A DNA stretch of 64,000 nucleotides from Candidatus Omnitrophota bacterium. Lineage in GTDB: Bacteria; Omnitrophota; Gorgyraeia; Zapsychrales; Zapsychraceae. How positions within the stretch are numbered: the first letter of the stretch is position 1; each line of letters begins with the position of its first letter. The notes under the pieces were generated by a model. The model was given only the letters and a program-made list of their open reading frames with translations, had not been told where the DNA came from and ran no database searches. Where the stretch lies: positions 131,084-195,083 of the forward strand of contig JADFYJ010000001.1 of NCBI GenBank assembly GCA_015233115.1, in the 5' to 3' direction. The position numbers and the translations under genes were made by a program. Shown here piece after piece: positions 61,259 through 64,000 of this stretch.

Positions 61259-62920
61259 ATGGATATATTATTTTTATTTAGTTTTATCGCAGGTTTTTTT
61301 ACAATTTTAGCTCCATGCATTTGGCCGTTGTTACCCATTGTTTTATCCGTATCGATAGGAGAAGGCAAGCAGCGTCCTTTAGGTGTTACCTTTGGAGTGA
61401 TGACTAGCTTTACTTTTTTTACTCTTTCCATTTCTTATCTTGAAAAATTTCTACATCTGGATGCCAATTTATTTCGCCTGGCAGCTGTGATCATCATTAT
61501 TTTATTGGGACTCATGATGTTGATCCCAGCCTTAGGATCAATATTTGAAACTGTTATTAATCGTTTGTTAAGTAAATTTCAAAATAAGCAGCTAAAAACA
61601 CACAATGGATTTTCTGGTGGTTACACAACAGGTTTTTTTATTGGCCTGCTTTGGGCGCCTTGCGCGGGTCCAATTTTGGCAGCTGTCGCCACTTTAGCAG
61701 CAATACAAGCTGTTAATTTAAAAGTCGTTTTGGTAACTATTTTTTATATTAGTGGACTCGGGATTCCATTATTCTTTTTGACTTTAGCTGGTTCAAAATA
61801 TTTTGCCAAATTACGTGCCATTTCAAAATATACAGGACGTATTCAACAAATTTTTGGACTGGTGATGATTATTGCCGCTTTGCTGATTTATACCAATTAC
61901 GATAAAACTCTACAAATAAAAATTCTTAACCATTTTCCGCTATATGGATCATTTCTTAATCGAATCGAAAATAATCAAAAAGTAATCACTCAATTAAATA
62001 ATCTCAGAAGAAACAAAGGAGTCAAAATGCATTCTAATATTGATCCTGCGGATTTAACTGATTTTGGGTCAGCGCCAGAATTTTCAGGGATTGCTCACTG
62101 GTTTAACACTTCCAGCCCGTTATCAATGACTGATCTTCGAGGGAAAGTTGTGTTAATTGATTTTTGGACTTATACTTGTATCAATTGTGTTAGAACCCTG
62201 CCCTATGTGACCAATTGGTATGAAAAATATAAAAATAATAATTTTGTCGTGATCGGAGTGCATACTCCAGAATTTGCGTTTGAAAAATCATCGCATAATG
62301 TTGAAAATGCGATCAAACAATTTAACATCACCTATCCGGTTGCCCAAGATAATGAATATCAAACGTGGCAAGCATTTGACAACCAATATTGGCCTGCTGA
62401 ATATCTCATTGATACTCAGGGGCACATAAGGCATACTCATTTTGGTGAAGGAAATTATGAAGAGACTGAAAAAGTGATCAAAATGCTCTTGGCTGAGACA
62501 GGAAAACCTGTTGATCCGAAAGGAAACATCCTTCCTGAACAACAGTTAAACTATAATATTACCCCTGAAACCTATCTCGGAAAAGCACGAAGAGGTCAAG
62601 TCCTATTCTCGGGTGATTGGGATATGGCTGATGAATACGCGCAAACGGGCAAAGGTTCATCGTTGGAAGTACATTTTAAAGCAGCGAAAGTTTTTTTGGT
62701 TATTAGTCCACATGAGCCTGGTGATGTTGTTAATTTATTGATCGATGGTCAGCCTATTCCGAAAACAATAACTGGCTTAGATATAAAAAACGGACAGCTA
62801 ATTCTTGATCAAGAGCGATTATATAATTTGGTGGATTTAAAGACAAAAGTTGAATCTCATATTTTGCGCCTCAATTTTCAGACTAAGGGCATTCGGGTCT
62901 ACGCTTTCACTTTTGGATAA
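61259..62920 (+). CDS. CcdA/DsbD-like transmembrane thiol-disulfide transporter fused to a TlpA-like thioredoxin domain (DipZ-like)
   Basis: 'LAPCIWPLLP' and 'WAPCAGPILAAV' membrane Cys motifs; thioredoxin 'FWTYTCINCV'. Confidence 0.7.
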   Translation: MDILFLFSFIAGFFTILAPCIWPLLPIVLSVSIGEGKQRPLGVTFGVMTSFTFFTLSISYLEKFLHLDANLFRLAAVIIIILLGLMMLIPALGSIFETVINRLLSKFQNKQLKTHNGFSGGYTTGFFIGLLWAPCAGPILAAVATLAAIQAVNLKVVLVTIFYISGLGIPLFFLTLAGSKYFAKLRAISKYTGRIQQIFGLVMIIAALLIYTNYDKTLQIKILNHFPLYGSFLNRIENNQKVITQLNNLRRNKGVKMHSNIDPADLTDFGSAPEFSGIAHWFNTSSPLSMTDLRGKVVLIDFWTYTCINCVRTLPYVTNWYEKYKNNNFVVIGVHTPEFAFEKSSHNVENAIKQFNITYPVAQDNEYQTWQAFDNQYWPAEYLIDTQGHIRHTHFGEGNYEETEKVIKMLLAETGKPVDPKGNILPEQQLNYNITPETYLGKARRGQVLFSGDWDMADEYAQTGKGSSLEVHFKAAKVFLVISPHEPGDVVNLLIDGQPIPKTITGLDIKNGQLILDQERLYNLVDLKTKVESHILRLNFQTKGIRVYAFTFG

Positions 62921-62940
62921 TAAAAAATGGATGATAGTGA

Positions 62941-63093
62941 TGGTTTTTGGTTTTTAGAAAAAGCAAATAAATTAAATTTTATGCGTCGATATAAGTTTAT
63001 CTTGTGTTATAATTTTTTAAATAAATTTCTTTTAGTTAACTAACCAATAGGCTTTTTGTTAACCGTAAACCAACAACCAAAAACCAAAAACCA
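62941..63093. repeat. 15-bp perfect inverted repeat (tggtttttggttttt / aaaaaccaaaaacca) flanking ~120 bp of AT-rich DNA
   Basis: Read directly; second instance of an IR-bounded AT-rich intergenic module. Confidence 0.3.
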
Positions 63094-63105
63094 CAGCAAC
63101 ATAAT

Positions 63106-64000
63106 ATGTCAATTACTCTTATCGCATCTATGACGTTTGGATTTGAATCCATTGTTAGGCGTGAACTTGAAGATTTAGGTTTTAATAAAATCACCGCGGT
63201 TTCAGATGGACGCATAGAATTTGAAGCAGAGCTAAGAGACATCCCAACCGTAAATCTCTGGTTACGAGCCGCAGACCGGATTTCAATTAAAATCGCCGAA
63301 TTTAAAGCCACTGACTTTGACCAATTATTTGACCCTATCAAAGTAATTCCTTGGGAAAACTGGATTACGAAAGACGGCAAAATTACCGTCACCGGAAAAT
63401 CGGTCAAATCTGTCCTGGAAAGTGTGCGCTCCAATCAATCGATTACGAAAAAAGCCATTATCGAACGTCTTAAATCTAAATACAAAGTTGAATGGCTTGA
63501 TGAAACCGGCCCGGAATTCACCGTTCAGGTCGCCCTATTTAAAGACATAGTTCTTTTAACGCTTGATACGACAGGGTCTGGGCTCCATAGACGTAATTAT
63601 AGAACAGATACCGGTGAAGTACCAATTCGGGAAAACCTGGCGGCTGCATTGGTGCTTTTGAGCTTTTGGAATAAAGATCGGCTATTGATTGACCCATTAT
63701 GCGGGTCAGGAACTATTCTAATCGAAGCCGCTATGATCGGACGTAATATCGCACCTGGTTTAAAAAGAAAATTTATTTCTGAATACTGGCCTTGGATGGA
63801 TCAAAAATTTTGGGAAGATGCCCGGACAACGGCAGCGCAAGCTATTAATACAACTGATAAATTGCAAATTTTTGGTTATGATATGGATGCGGCGCGTATT
63901 AAAGATTGTAAAATTAATGCGAAACACGCGGGAGTGGGGAAAGATATTGTTTTTGAGCAAAAAGACATAAAAGATCTTTTAATTAGCCAAGAGCAGGGGA
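63106..64000 (+). CDS. THUMP-domain RNA (guanine-N2) methyltransferase, RlmL/COG0116-like, 3'-partial (runs off the window)
   Basis: Hand translation of the + frame: 'MSITLIASMTFGFESIVRRELEDLGF...' THUMP domain, then 'DPLCGSGTILIEAAM' SAM motif I; no stop before base 64000; not in the ORF track because it has no stop. Confidence 0.65.
   Translation, partial: MSITLIASMTFGFESIVRRELEDLGFNKITAVSDGRIEFEAELRDIPTVNLWLRAADRISIKIAEFKATDFDQLFDPIKVIPWENWITKDGKITVTGKSVKSVLESVRSNQSITKKAIIERLKSKYKVEWLDETGPEFTVQVALFKDIVLLTLDTTGSGLHRRNYRTDTGEVPIRENLAAALVLLSFWNKDRLLIDPLCGSGTILIEAAMIGRNIAPGLKRKFISEYWPWMDQKFWEDARTTAAQAINTTDKLQIFGYDMDAARIKDCKINAKHAGVGKDIVFEQKDIKDLLISQEQG

Overview
The window is a low-GC, very gene-dense bacterial chromosomal segment with about 60 coding regions, all but two on the + strand, and three tRNA genes (Arg-ACG, Ser-GCT, Asn-GTT). 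The outer-membrane beta-barrel proteins ending in C-terminal Phe and an autotransporter indicate a diderm (Gram-negative-type) envelope.

Housekeeping content, in order:
- Rrf2 regulator and a YezD-like small protein, then metY-cysK.
- HPr, mnmA and tRNA-Arg, then tadA and tRNA-Ser.
- Na+/solute symporter with a GH94-like phosphorylase, lhgO (- strand), a sensor kinase, ilvD, tex.
- dnaX-recR and tRNA-Asn.
- nudC, rsmH, a MazG-like protein, mgtA, a CcdA-TlpA fusion, and a THUMP methyltransferase that runs off the 3' end.

Two accessory blocks stand out.

1. 27.0-40.5 kb, immediately after tRNA-Asn, looks like a defense/mobile island. It holds:
- a brnT/brnA toxin-antitoxin pair;
- a dinD-like gene on the - strand, flanked by a 178-bp, ~93% identical duplicate of the brnA 3' half plus its promoter, and by order-swapped short motifs;
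- a DinG-family Fe-S helicase whose reading frame is fused in-frame to the duplicated BrnA-like segment;
- a type I restriction-modification locus hsdM-hsdS-[RloC-like ABC ATPase with coiled-coil CxxC hook]-[RhuM-family gene]-hsdR, where the rhuM insertion is marked by a 38-bp duplicate of the hsdR 5' end.

2. 40.6-45.6 kb carries hgcA-hgcB (mercury methylation corrinoid protein plus ferredoxin), translationally overlapped with an upstream AsmA/DUF748-like gene. It is followed by an ACR3 arsenite pump, arsC, and a T4 endonuclease V-like pyrimidine-dimer glycosylase.

Smaller observations:
- several inverted-repeat-bounded AT-rich intergenic modules that look like MITEs;
- an array of TGTNACA inverted repeats upstream of metY;
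- a ~200-nt structured leader before a secreted-protein gene;
- tRNA-Arg(ACG), the TadA substrate, lying directly upstream of tadA.

I found no rRNA, no CRISPR array and no IS transposase. If there is a genuinely novel system in this window, my best candidates are the rearranged brnTA/dinD/BrnA-DinG junction and the embedded RloC-like/RhuM cargo of the type I RM locus. Both are inferences from sequence patterns and need homology searches to confirm.
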